Shown here piece by piece: positions 51,601 to 64,000 of a stretch of DNA of 64,000 nucleotides. Below the pieces are notes generated by a model that was not told where the DNA came from, made no database searches, and was given only the letters and a program-made list of their open reading frames with translations. The position numbers and the translations under genes were made by a program. Where the stretch lies: NCBI RefSeq assembly GCF_037042905.1, contig NC_087245.1:33916001-33980000 (forward strand), written 5' to 3'. Position 1 is the first letter of the stretch. Each line of letters opens with the position of its first letter. The stretch is from Lytechinus pictus. Taxonomy: Eukaryota.

Positions 51601-52900
51601 CTTCAGTGTTTACTCTCGGGCTACTTTCTGTATATTTACCTTTCTGTTTATTTACCTTTCACAAAATAAAGTCATTATCCATAAAGTTTTGTATTTACAG
51701 AAGGAATCAATTCCAGCCAGTAGAAGTCGCCGAGCAGGCTTTGTTTAATGTTTGCCCAGAGTAGTTACTCCATTTTTTTTTGCCCTACGGTCATATAACT
51801 TTTTTCTATCAATTTTTATTTATCCAGTGTAGCAACTGTGACTTTAAATTTAGGCGACATTCCAATGACAAAAGTTGCTATTCCTGTTAATAATGACACT
51901 TATTTTTCTCAGGTAGTCACTTCAGATTTGTATTGCTAACAGAATTTAGTATGATTTCAATCTTAATTGGGGAGCCCTTTCGGGTTTTACCGATGGTCTT
52001 CTAATATTTCCCTTTTTCCTATTTCCCTATTTCATTTTTAAAATCAGATAATGTGATACACAGACAACCGGATTGATACCGTATAATGCGATATTACTGA
52101 GATGTATAGTTATCCTGGATATTTTTGTATAGCATATGTTCAACTCATTTCGTTGAAATATTCTCTTTCAGGGCTCGATGCCTTTATTTTGACGGCAATA
52201 TTATGAATCCCCATGATAGCACCATTCCTAACAGGTCCAATAATATATACATTTTCTTTTGATTTGATGCAGGGTTAACATTTCATTGTTTACTATCGGA
52301 ATTTCAGCCTAAGAACAAAATTTAATCATCTTGTTAATGATAAAGGTCCTTAATTACCCAGGATATTCACTTTGAATTTAGGTAGCTGTCGAATGCGGGC
52401 TCTGCTTCATGCGTTTATGATTAAAAAAAAATGAAAACCTTTTTTTAACGATAGACAATTCAGCATCTAGTGGTCTTCCAGCTGAGTCCGCTAACCACTG
52501 TTTAATTATTTTGTGTCCTAGTTGATAATGACTCTATAATTCTATTTCTATATACGTACCAAATCCAGGCTAGGTACTTTTGGCATTTATTCGCAGTCTT
52601 CCAGCATGCCTAACTGCTGAACATATAATTTTATTTCCTAAAATAATGAATAAATTCACCTCAGGTAAACAGTCGTGTTTTTTACTGGTAGCCAGCGCAT
52701 CCAGCTGATCCTGCTAAACATAATCATGATAACAAGTACGTCATGGTCATTGTTTTCATTTTCCGAAGGATGTCCAAATCGGCTTTTAATGGTGGCCTGC
52801 CATATGGCCTCGTTTATAATTTTATTTTTCAACCTTAATAACTATTTTTTACTCATTTCAGCTTTTTGTCAGTCCCCGAGCAGGCTCTGCTTTTACCTCA
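48650..52900 (+). repeat. Old degenerate tandem array including a younger ~1.1-kb tandem duplication (49698-50782 / 50786-51912)
   Basis: Recurring ttatttacc(c)aNggtagccactt...gtcttcca..ggNcct and ttattctctttcagg motifs, and two colinear ~1.1-kb blocks. Confidence 0.75.
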
Positions 52901-54189
52901 GAAGCAGACTGTGGCTGCTCTGGTTAGTTTGAACCAAGTGTTCCTGTTTGTACTTTGTTCTCTTTTGACTTTAATATCGTTTTGATCATTAGTTTGCGTA
53001 CTGCTGTTTAAACGTTTGTTTTACAGAATGCCAGTGACATAACGGAGGTCAGCATTGTTTGATGCGTTTCCTGATAAAATATTGTAATTGAACGACTAAT
53101 CGTTTTTATCTCCCCTTTCAGCGTAGGCATTCACCCTCAGCCGTGTTCGCCTGCTGCCTTCGCCCTGCATGATCTGCAAGTTACCGACATCATGATCAAG
53201 GCCTTTTCGCCGGTTGCCTTTGCTCTTGTTCCCCCCCCCCCCCCCTGCATGTATTCTCTCATCGCAGCAGCGCTTCCGCCGTGCCTTCGCTTTGCTTGCT
53301 GCGAATTATTACGTGTTTTCGCCTATCATTTTATTTACATAAATGTTTGTGTATATTTGTGAATATTGTTGTATACATGTGTCTGCATGTTGAATATGTT
53401 TTTATATGTGCGTAGTTTGTGCCCGTCAGTGCCTATTTGTGTATATATGTGCATAATTGTGCGTTTATATATCTGTTTGTGAAATTTGCTATACGTGTAT
53501 TTATTTTTTATTCGCCTTCCATTCGCTGGGATTTTTATACTAACTTTATTTTTCATTACATATTTTTGTTCTTTATTTTGATTTCGGATCACCTTTAATT
53601 TTTACTAACCCGGGGTCATGCTGCTACCTTCACGTGGTGACTCTGTTATGTGCAAGGGCGTCACTTGTAATACCTTCTAGGTGGATGCCAGAGGTAGACA
53701 ACTATCCCTAGATTCAAAATCGACTAGAATTTGCCCACAGGCATTTGAAGAATTTATTTGTTTATATATACGATAATAAGAATCCTAAATTGAAATGATC
53801 TAAATGCAGAATACTAATCCAGATGCATGAGTTATTGCACAAAATCTGGTGACGTCCTTGCATAACTAAAGCAGCCATTAAACGTGATTGACTTTTTATC
53901 CATTTCATCTCTTATGTTTCTTATTCAAATTCAAACTCATTTCCCAGCACTTAATGAACTGTATGTCATATGAAAGGAATCTTAAAAGTGCCAAGATCAG
54001 ATAACAATATTTTGGACCTCATCATGTCTAAATCCTTAAGGAGAAAAGATGATGAATTCCGTCATTTCTACATCTTCAGCCATTAACATTGGCGTCGCTC
54101 CGAATTTGAGACGCGGGGGGGGGGGGGGGGCACAGTATCTGTCGCCTTTCCAGCTACTTAAAAATTTATATAATTATTTATTTAAGACA

Positions 54190-55290
54190 ATGCAATCAGA
54201 AAGGCAAGCAAAGATATTCATTATTTGAATCATGTAATTTTATATAATGTTAAGCATGTGAAATTTTAACCCTTTATGTTCTTACAGACAAAAATGATAT
54301 CAATGTGAATAAAGGTTATGGGCAAATTGCATTTCATTACAAAGAGACATAATGAAGTTTATTTCTTGAAAATTGAATTTTAAAGTAAAATAAAAGTACG
54401 TTGCATTAAGCCTGTTAACCCATCTTTCACCAGAAGACCATTATCACAAAGTAGGTCTGCCCCTGTTTCAGAATACCTCAATAGATAAGATGGCGTAAAA
54501 TGAAAGACCCCATTTTGACTCATTTGCATTTTTCATTTTGCATTATATATTATTATGAAGACGGAAAGGTCGTCCTCGAAACAGCTGGAGGCGAGATACT
54601 GCAGCAAAAGTCGACAGATAAAGTGAGAGCAGCCAAGAACAGAAGACTTGACGTCTTCCTGCCTATAGCCTACCCTGTATAGAGGGCAGTGAAGAATCTT
54701 AGTAAGTAAATACTCTAGAATGAATGAACATTACATTTCCTACAAATTGACACCACTTTAATCAATTTTTCAGAATTTTAGGCAAGCTGGTGCAAAATCG
54801 GGAATTTCGACATTTTTCCCAAAATGTTAAATCTGGAAAATAAAATCATACGCATGTATGTTAAATGAACAATGAAATATTTTATTGACTTGTGACCATG
54901 TAATAACATTCAACTGTGATATGCTTGATGTTTCAGCAATAATAGAAAACAAGAGCTTGAGGGAGAGGGTTGAATTATTCAAGGTCGCAAGTTGAAAGAG
55001 TATCTGTATTTTTACACGTGCACGTGAATATCCAATAGTTTGTAATGCAGTAAATGGCTAATTTGCTCTAGTATGACAGTAAAACGTAAGGGAGACGACA
55101 TATTCCCCCTCTTTTCAATCGCCTGTCAGTGGCAGCACCATAATTTTTTTTAAGTTGGGGCAGTGAAGGAAAGGGCTTTTTTTTTTGGGGGGGCGAGGAT
55201 GGATGGATTACTCTTCAACATCTTTCCTTTATTTTTCAAAGTTTCGGAGGGGAATTATCCCATACCCCTCCCGTTTTGCCGCCACTGCAT
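54190..55290 (+). repeat. Diverged direct repeat, copy B (copy A at ~29075-30850)
   Basis: Colinear shared blocks with copy A. Confidence 0.7.
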
Positions 55291-55321
55291 CTTCTCTCTT
55301 TCTCTCCCCCTCTCTCCCCCC

Positions 55322-55358
<37 letters not shown>

Positions 55359-55422
55359 AATTTTATATGAATTTTGTTGGAACTATAACAATGCATTACC
55401 TCTTTGCCTCTTTTATATATAA

Positions 55423-55537
55423 AATATATATATATTTATTCATACCTTGGTCAGTTCGGTCTACAAACTTCATTACGTATATTCATTACGTATATTTATA
55501 GACCGAACTGACCAAGGTATGAATAAATATATATATT
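55423..55537. mobile_element. Small palindromic MITE within a (CT)n/(TA)n microsatellite region
   Basis: ~43-bp near-perfect inverted arms (atatttattcataccttggtcagttcggtcta), with a spacer of two ttcattacgtata copies. Confidence 0.75.
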
Positions 55538-55603
55538 GCTCTGCCCCGGCATTGAGCACTTTTGGAAACCTCAACCAATCCCATATCATGTGGATATATG
55601 TAT

Positions 55604-55635
<32 letters not shown>

Positions 55636-56529
55636 GTATATGTATATATATATATACATATATATGTGTGTGTATATATATGTATATATGTTTATATATG
55701 GTTACCAATGAAACAATGAAACTAAACAGAGTAAAAAGTGCATATTTATCAGCATTATAAAATGATTAAGTTATCAATTTTGATTACATTGGGGGATTTG
55801 CTACCATTATAGTTCTTTCCTTTCATGTACCTATTTTTTTATTAAAAAAATAATATTACGTATAAAAATAGTTTTGCTGTCATATGTTTCTTCACCCCAC
55901 AGAATTGTATTTGTATTCTGTTCTTTTCAATAACGACAAGAATGTTAATTTATTTGTATTTATAAAAAGATATATCTCATGTAACCTAAACTAAAAATGT
56001 GAGCGCGAAGCGCGAGCAAAAGAATTCTACTACACTGACCTGAAAATAACATCTTTGCATGAACTCATCAATATTATAATGTCTCACTGATCATATAATG
56101 TTAAAAACGTTATTGACATTCTGACGTGAAAATATGACATTTTAATAACCTTCCGTAATAACAGACAGGATACTTAACTCATTTAATAATAATGCTAGCA
56201 CGAAGTGAATGCTCTGATAAAAAAAAGAATGTTAAAGCAGTCTGACAAAGAGGAAATTTATGAAGAGCTTACGTATCTCATGTAATAGAAAAAGGAGCAC
56301 GACGCTGAAAACTCTGGAAATTAGCGGTTTAAGTGTTATTTGACATATAGGGAAATTATTATGGAGATACGTCTGTCATTAAACAAATTAATCAAAATAC
56401 AATACTTCCATTTTTTTTCTGGGGAGACGTGGCCTATTGTGTCCCCTCCTTTGAAATGTTAGGGGTACCCTGCCACCCCCCCCCCCCCTCCCCCATGGAT
56501 GGGGACAACCATGATTATTACCAGAAAAT

Positions 56530-59010
56530 GTATTTATTAACAATATTTCAACAGGATACCCAATCAACATAAAAACTGCTCTCCCTTGGGGTCCTGCATA
56601 TTACAAAACAATCAAAATGTATCTTATTATACACAGTAAAATTAACATGAGAAAATATACATACATTATGATTGAACATAGTAGTTAAAATCAGATATAA
56701 ACGAAACTATAAATAACTATTAACTACGCACATCATTAGAAAGAAGGGAATATACATACATAGAACATAATAATCGACATTGACATCGGAGATATTTACT
56801 ATTGGAAAAAAAAAGCTGCAATTAGACTTAAAGGTTATCTTTTAAATATTTCTTAAAAATTGAGAGGGAATTTATGTTTTGAGGTTCAGGTTGAAGACTA
56901 TTCCATAATGAGACGGCTTGATAATGAAATGAGTGTTTGAATGATTCAATATGACATTTTGGGAAGTGTAACTTATTATGAGAGGAACTTCTTGTACAGT
57001 ATGAATGAATTTCTTTCCTAAAAGTAAATGATTTGGACAGACATGTGGGAGCAATACACTTCATACATTTGAACATAAAAATAAATCTAAAAATGCGAAC
57101 TCTATCTTCAAATCTTTTCCAGTCTAAGAGGGCAAACAAATTTTCCGAAGGGGTCAAGACATGGGCATTTAAAATTATCCTTGCGGCTCTTTTCTGTAAC
57201 TTATTCAATCTTTCGGTATCTTCTTTGAATTTATCCCCCCCAGACAATACAACAATAATCTAGAATTGGCAAAACCATAGCATTATATAAAGTGAGTAAA
57301 GTATTTTCATTGACACAACCTTTTAACCTTCGTAAGATACCTAACTTCCTGCTAACGTTATTGGCTACTTTAGATACATGTTCTTTCCATGATAACTCAT
57401 TATCAATGATTATACCTAAACATTCAAAGGATTGAACTTGTATAATCTCGTGACCATTACAAATTATTTTTAACTGAGATTCATTGAAATGAATAGAGTA
57501 TGCAAATCGAGCTCGTGTACCAACAATCATACATTTTGTTTTTTCATAATTCATCATCATACGGTTTTCTTCTAACCAGCAGGCTACATTTTCTAAATCC
57601 AATTGTATTTTTTTTGTATTTCAGCTAAACTATCACCTTCGGCATAAATAGATGTATCGTCTGCGTACATAACTATTTTAGAGTGTTTCAATACATTAGG
57701 CATATCATTTATAAATATGGAAAATAATTTTGGGCCCAATATGGATCCCTGCGGTACTCCTTTCCGCATCCCTTTAATTTCAGAAAGTACCCCCATTTAT
57801 ATTAACACGTTGTGATCTAGTAAATAGATATTAAAGAATTAAACCATTTGATTGAGTCTGATGAGAAACCATATTTTTTCAATTTTAATAACAGCAAATC
57901 CAAATCTACCAAATCGAAGGCCTTTTTTTCAAATCAATGAAAATTACACCGACCATCTTCCCTTTATTAATACTTGTATACCAATCATTAACCATATATA
58001 CTAATGCAGTTTCAGTTGAATGGTTTTTCTAAACCCGAATTGGCCTTCACATCATAATCTAGAAACATTCAGAAACGAATCTAGTTCTGTATTAAGAATC
58101 TTTTCTACAATCTTGGAAACAATACTTACTACTGAAATCGGTCTATAATTACTCTTTTCTTCAGTACTACCCTTTTTATGAAGGGGAAAATTTTTAGCTT
58201 CCTTCCATTCCTTTGGAAAAGAGCAAGATGAAAAAGAATTGTTTATCAAAGTTACTAAAGAAGGAATCAAAACGTGACCACATAATTTAATTATTTTACA
58301 ACTTATTCCATCAAGGCCACAAGACGAATTTGTATTTAAAGTTTTAATAGCCTCTATGACTTGATCAGAATCTATTATCGGTAAGTTAAAAAGAAAATTT
58401 TCTTGGGAAGAGTTTGGATGATCAGTTTGATGTGGTGAATAGTTAATATCAGTGACATCACTAAAATCTTCAATCACGTCTTTGGTAACTGACACAAAAT
58501 AATCATTAAAATGGTTGGCAATATTCAATGGATCATTGTATTCATTTCCATCGAAAACAATCTTATTCAAGGAAGATTTATGTTTTTGAAGGTAATAATT
58601 CTTTAATACATTTCCATAATTCGCTGCTGTTATTTTTACAATCAAAAATTTTCTTATGAAAATATTTCTTTTTATTAGATTTGACCATAATATTAACTGT
58701 ATTTCTACTTTGTTTATACATGATCCAGTGTTCTTCTGATTTTGATTTCATAAATTTCTTTAATTTTTTATATCGTATCATAACATCTCGTATATCACTT
58801 GTTATCCATGGTGTATGTTTTTCTTTAACTCTCCGTGACTTAATAGGCAAATGACCATTTACGACATTCAATAAAGATTGCTTCCATTTTTGCCATACAA
58901 TGTCAATATCTTCTTCACTATTTAGAAACACTCCAATCTACATTGTATAAATCATGCTTAAAACTATTCTCATTGAACTTTTTATGTATATGTTTATTCT
59001 ACCGAGGTAC
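56530..59010 (-). mobile_element. 5'-truncated, frameshifted CR1/L2-group LINE (Crack/Daphne-like) ORF2 with 3' UTR
   Basis: Successive ORFs give PLHKKG..NYRPIS, GVPQGSILGPKLFSIFIND..MYADDT, LGIIIDNELSW and LQKRAARII. The 3' tail is gcaggaccccaagggagagcag...gggtatcctg followed by AATAAA. Confidence 0.95.
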
Positions 59011-59436
59011 TTGTAGATATTACCTTGTTTTTGCCTACCATATCTGCCACCCCTTACGCCCCCCCCCCCCCCTCTTCCTCCTCTTCCTCCTCTTCTGCAC
59101 CACAAACGGCTTAGTACCTGAGGGGCGTGTTTTTAGTATACATCACCACACTCAAACTTTTTGTTCAACCATTTTGAATTGATAGATCGACTCACGTTTG
59201 AATAGTATAGCATCCGCATCGAATGTGTATACATTCTTTATTGTCAGACAGCACGAAAAATCAGCTTGATCACAAGAGCATTTATTTGTTAACCAAACGT
59301 TTCCAATTCGATCAATGGGTTTTCGAGAACTGGTCCAAAGGTTCTATGTGTTTAATTCACTTCCATTACCTGCGATGAGGGTAATAATCATTACAGTCAA
59401 TGAATTATTTTCGATTAAGAGGCATATTTAGCTATA

Positions 59437-59964
59437 CAGTGCGTCCCAGAAAGAAAGGAAACCGGGATTCCCATGTCTTTTTTAATTCAAATGCAAATAA
59501 ATTATATTTCATTCACATATAAATCAATTATTCAATTTATTTTGATACCTCATGAATATGAGACAAACACTTCACGCATTAATGAGCAAGACGAGTTTGA
59601 AAATTTAATGTTAAAACCAGGTTGCGCAGAAAAATTGCACATGATTGGTTCGTGATCCGACGACCGTGCATATTCGACGATTGGCTCATTAGCATTTCTT
59701 TTGTATTATTTTTTAAAGCTTCTCTCACTGATCCCTGAAATGAGATGGGATTCAGATTCACACGTAAGTTTCTGCGCAAATGGTTTCTGCTTCAATATTT
59801 ATTGTTTGTAATCTGCCATGCGTGAAAAAAATGCTAAGCTGTTGCTTTCAAATGAGAGATGAGATTCCACTCTTGCCATGAGTATCAAATTTATAGAAAA
59901 AAATATTTAATAATTGTGAAATCTATCTCTGAAAACGAGTTTCCCTTTTTTGTGGGACGCACTG
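59437..59964. mobile_element. Tc1/mariner-type MITE
   Basis: TA|CAGTGCGTCCCA ... TGGGACGCACTG|TA. Confidence 0.85.
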
Positions 59965-61307
59965 TATATTGAGAAAAGATCTGAACTGCGGTACACTTCG
60001 ACCAATTGTTATTATAATCTTTTTGTATGTTGAATTTAAGGCTTGAAGCTTAATACTGATTCGGAAACCAGATGAAGCATCTTCGGACAATTAAATGTTT
60101 GTTTACCGCAAGCATATCGTTTTAAGTTTGTTTATCGCACGCATATCCCATGATAAACCAGATTGCATCTGTATGATGCGATGATCAAGAATTTAGGGAA
60201 AATTTCCAACTGTTCCCATATTCAATTAGTGTTTCAATTAAACTGATATAAAAGACATGTGTGCTTTGTACTCTTTTAGAAAGTTCAAATGATATGACTC
60301 CGCCAGCATTGTCAACACTACAAGCACAAGATTGATCGCTAGGTTGTTTCGCTCCTTTTAACAATCTTAAATTATATTCTCTTTTAAACTCCTATCTGTC
60401 TTCATGGTAAATTAGGTAAATTATTGATCCATCGAAGCTAGTGAAACACAATATTTGAAAAGGGGTTAATATTACAATTGTGCGCATGGTTTCTATAGAA
60501 AATCACTTACATAATCCCAGGACCTTGAAACAGTGAAAAGGTTGGGTAGAAGGGCAAGTTTTCTTTATCAGTCATTCAAGAAGGTGTGCAAATCATGCGT
60601 TCCCGTATTCTCCCACACCAAAATTATGATTATATAATACATACATAGAATACATAGAATTGTTCTACAATATAGAAAAAATGCATTTTATTGTTCTAAA
60701 TGCAAATTTTAAGCGTTCAAAATTAATATGTAACCATGGTAACGGGTATCTTGAAACTAGTTCATTACTAGTTTGCAACTCCGAGTGGTTGCAACTATAT
60801 TTTAAGTTTGGAGACTGGTTATGCTCACCATTTACGGTTTTATTCCCCCTGTTGTCAATGTTTGCATAATCTCGATATAGAGAACCAAACAACGTCACGA
60901 CAGTGAACAGTCAGACCGCAGGTCCCTATGCTAATGAGCAAAAAGGCCAGATTCATCCAAATCATCTCGTGGCTGAATCCTCCTCCTTGCAAAATCTCGT
61001 GATTCGTGAGATTTTCTTTCTCTAAGAATTTACCTGTTTTAACCTCAAGTTAAATGAAATATTATTGCACCATCAGATAGAGTAAAAGTTACTCTTTCAT
61101 ATTGGTCATTTATTTTGTATATAATATTTTGTCAAATAAGTAAATTTCTGGCCTGAAAATGTGCCTCAAAACTGAATTTTCTTCCTCTGTTTTCTTTTGC
61201 AAATTGTGCAAAACTTTTTATTTTGAGCCTCAATGATATTTATATCAACATAAAGCTGAACTTCTGTACTTTCTCACAATGCCACTCTTGATATGCAGCA
61301 CCTTATA

Positions 61308-61595
61308 ATCGGGTCAAGATCACACTTTTCCCACCAAGGTACAAGACGAGATTTCTGAAATGTTGTACTTGCATGAAATCCAGAGTTCTGATTGGCTGGA
61401 TAAGATTCACAGAACAACAGGCGCGGGGTATTTGAGGAGATTACCACATGGGAAGTGTGACCTTCCCACGAACCCAGGCACTGGAACCGTTGGAATTTGC
61501 CAGTGTGCGGTCTCTTTGACCAATCAGAGTGCAGTATTCTTGTTTTCAAGCTGCTTTCTGTACTTGGCAAATGAAAAGTGTGATCTTGACCCGAT
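61308..61595. mobile_element. MITE with TA flanks
   Basis: Perfect TIR ATCGGGTCAAGATCACACTTTTC, with inner tgattggct / accaatcaga symmetry. Confidence 0.8.
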
Positions 61596-63357
61596 TAAAC
61601 CAATTCTTATTTTGAAACCTATATCATTTCAAAGCATACATATTCAGCTTTATCATTATATAAAAATCATTTGGGCTCAAACAAAAATAAAGTGTGAAAA
61701 TAGCAGCTTTTGTCAGGTGAAAATATTTATTTTGTAGCATATTTTAGATCAAAATTTTAACCTATATTACAAAATCTTTGAATAAATCCAAACACATGAC
61801 CTGAAAGAATGATTCTTCTTCTTTACAATGGTACCAAATTCATGAAATCGATGCACAATTAGAGCAGCAATGACCGAATGAAAAGAGGTGTTTTGGTCCG
61901 CATCAAGCTCATTAAATATGCAAAACATCTCAAGTCATGAATATCACTTGGATGAAAGAAGCCACTTTCTTGGGACCTGCAGTCTGACTGTGAAGCCACT
62001 GTTTATTCTGAAGATAATAAAAATAGTATTCCAGTTCATATAAGACATGACCTTCTTTTTCACTGCATGTCTGATGAGTATGCGATCGATTTTGTCTATC
62101 CCCATTTTTAGGTACTGTATGAACGAACGAAACACACAAGAGGAGTAAATAAGCAAATACAATTTTTCAGAAAATTTTGAAATTGATAAATAAATATTTA
62201 TTCACTTTGGGGTGTAGCGGATGTACAGAAAGCCACCTGTTCATGATATATAGCTTCGTGATAACTGAAATAGTAATTATTTCAGGCTAACCTCGATTAG
62301 GAGTTGCTTATTTCTTTTTCTTTTGGCATAGGGGAGTGGGGTAAACAAGGCCACCTTTTTGTATAATTCCAACTATATTTTTTAATGTAAAGCAGTAGAA
62401 ACATGATTAGATGTCAATTACTAGATCTAGATTAAACTGAAATTATCCATTAGAAATGTCAGAACTAATCAGCCTAATTTGCATATTAACAGGCCATTAA
62501 TACTTCAGTCGGGTGGCCTTATTGGTGCGGCAGCCCAGGAGATTTATTCAACCGAAAGCCGGACAAGCAAATAGCTGGATGACATTGACCCTGAAGTTTA
62601 CAAAAAAGCATTGCTGCCGGGTTTTATCCGTGGTCTTCCACCAAAATGACGTAATATAATTATGACGTCATTTCAAAATGGCCCTATTTCACCATTTTTT
62701 AGACATTCTACACATAGCATCAAGTCAATGGAAAATATCTCAGCCAAACCATGTTTGTGTCTTTTTAAACTTTCACAATATGTTGTTCAAGTAGTGCACA
62801 AGTGACATGCAAAATTTCAGAAACACTGAGAAATGTTTACATATGCAAATTAGTTCATGAAATTTGCATATCATTAGTTTGGGGATCTCTTGCTTCAAAA
62901 ATTGTCGAAGATCAATTCAGAAATCTATTTTTTTTTGGGTACTTTTTTGATATATTTCCTGTCAAGCATAATATTGTTCTCTTTATCATTTATATGTCAG
63001 TAATTGGAAATGACATTATAGACTGTGGTTTCAGCCCCCTTTTCAATATGATACGTACATAGAAATCATGCGTTTTTGCCTGTTTTTCACCATATAGCTG
63101 AGTTGTGTGAACGATACAGTATGTCTTTTTTATTGGTGTTTCCTGCATATTGCATGATATTAAATCTCCGAAACAACATATTTTCATCTTCATTATGTCT
63201 CTGCTATTAAATTAATGATTTCAGCAAAGATTGATCGCCCACTGGACAAAACTGGACAGTCTATAGGCTACGTTTTCAGCCTAATTTTCAACAACGAACC
63301 TATACCATGAATGACTGCATTATTGCAGTCGAGTCGGAAATGGGGGTTCATGTCCAC

Positions 63358-63532
63358 CGTGTGTATTTGAGTTTTGTCAGACGTGTATCAATCAGATATG
63401 ATTATTTACGTCTGGGACCGACCTTTAACGTCACCATCCGAAAGACGTGACCAGGGCTCGAACCTCGAACCTCTGCATCAATTTGTAACTTCCCCACAGC
63501 TTGGATTATAGGCGCACACCACAACGCCCAGT
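63358..63532 (-). mobile_element. SINE with 7SL (Alu-domain)-like head, B box and RTE-type tail
   Basis: Minus strand CTGGGCGTTGTGGTGTGCGCCTATAATCCAAGCTGTGGGGAAGTT, then GGTTCGAGCCC, then CGGATGGTGACGTTAAAGGTCGGTCCC. Confidence 0.7.
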
Positions 63533-64000
63533 TAAAATAACATAACCATCATAACATATATTTAATTAACATTTTGTATTGCCTGAAGTGTCTAGTTAAT
63601 GAATCCTGATGTCCCCTTTGCCAAATCATGTCCCACGGGGTTCAAAATTGATAACTTTGGCGGCCCTCTTGGATTTTTGTTATGAAAACCAATCATCAAA
63701 TTCAGGGTCCATGCCATCCATCTATGGGGTCATTTGCTTGTCCGGCTTTCGGTTGAATAAATCTTCTGGGCTGCCGGACTATATTTGCCCCACCTAAATG
63801 GGGCAAATGAGGCCGCCTGATTAAAACCTATTTCATGTTGCTTTTTCGAAGTAAAAATAGTTCAGTTGGTTTAATACAATCACTAAACATTTATTAGAAA
63901 CAATCATATTAACATTTAGTTATTTACCAAATGACCCTCATTTTATGAATAATTTATTAATCCTATCCAATATTATAGGGAAAAAAGATTCTCAGATTGT

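Overview
AT-rich animal genomic DNA. The SINE types and G/C-run MITEs suggest an echinoderm such as a sea urchin (inference). One protein-coding gene is recognisable: the nucleoporin NUP42 (NUPL2/hCG1), with six in-frame spliced exons on + from 11189 to 19025; its expected N-terminal zinc-finger exon was not found. Much of the rest is repeat: two decayed LINEs, tRNA-derived SINEs, one apparent 7SL/Alu-domain SINE, many MITEs, a 3.1-kb foldback element and two hammerhead-like inserts. The most unusual part is about 32.6-53 kb, which looks like a spliced + strand non-coding locus. It has five repeated exon-like units, each carrying a ~220-nt RNA hairpin with a three-way junction that shows G-U bias and compensatory substitutions. 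These are followed by a 5-kb 36-bp satellite bracketed by a splice acceptor and donor, and then by a degenerate array resembling LINE 3' tails. All calls were read by eye; no searches or folding programs were run.
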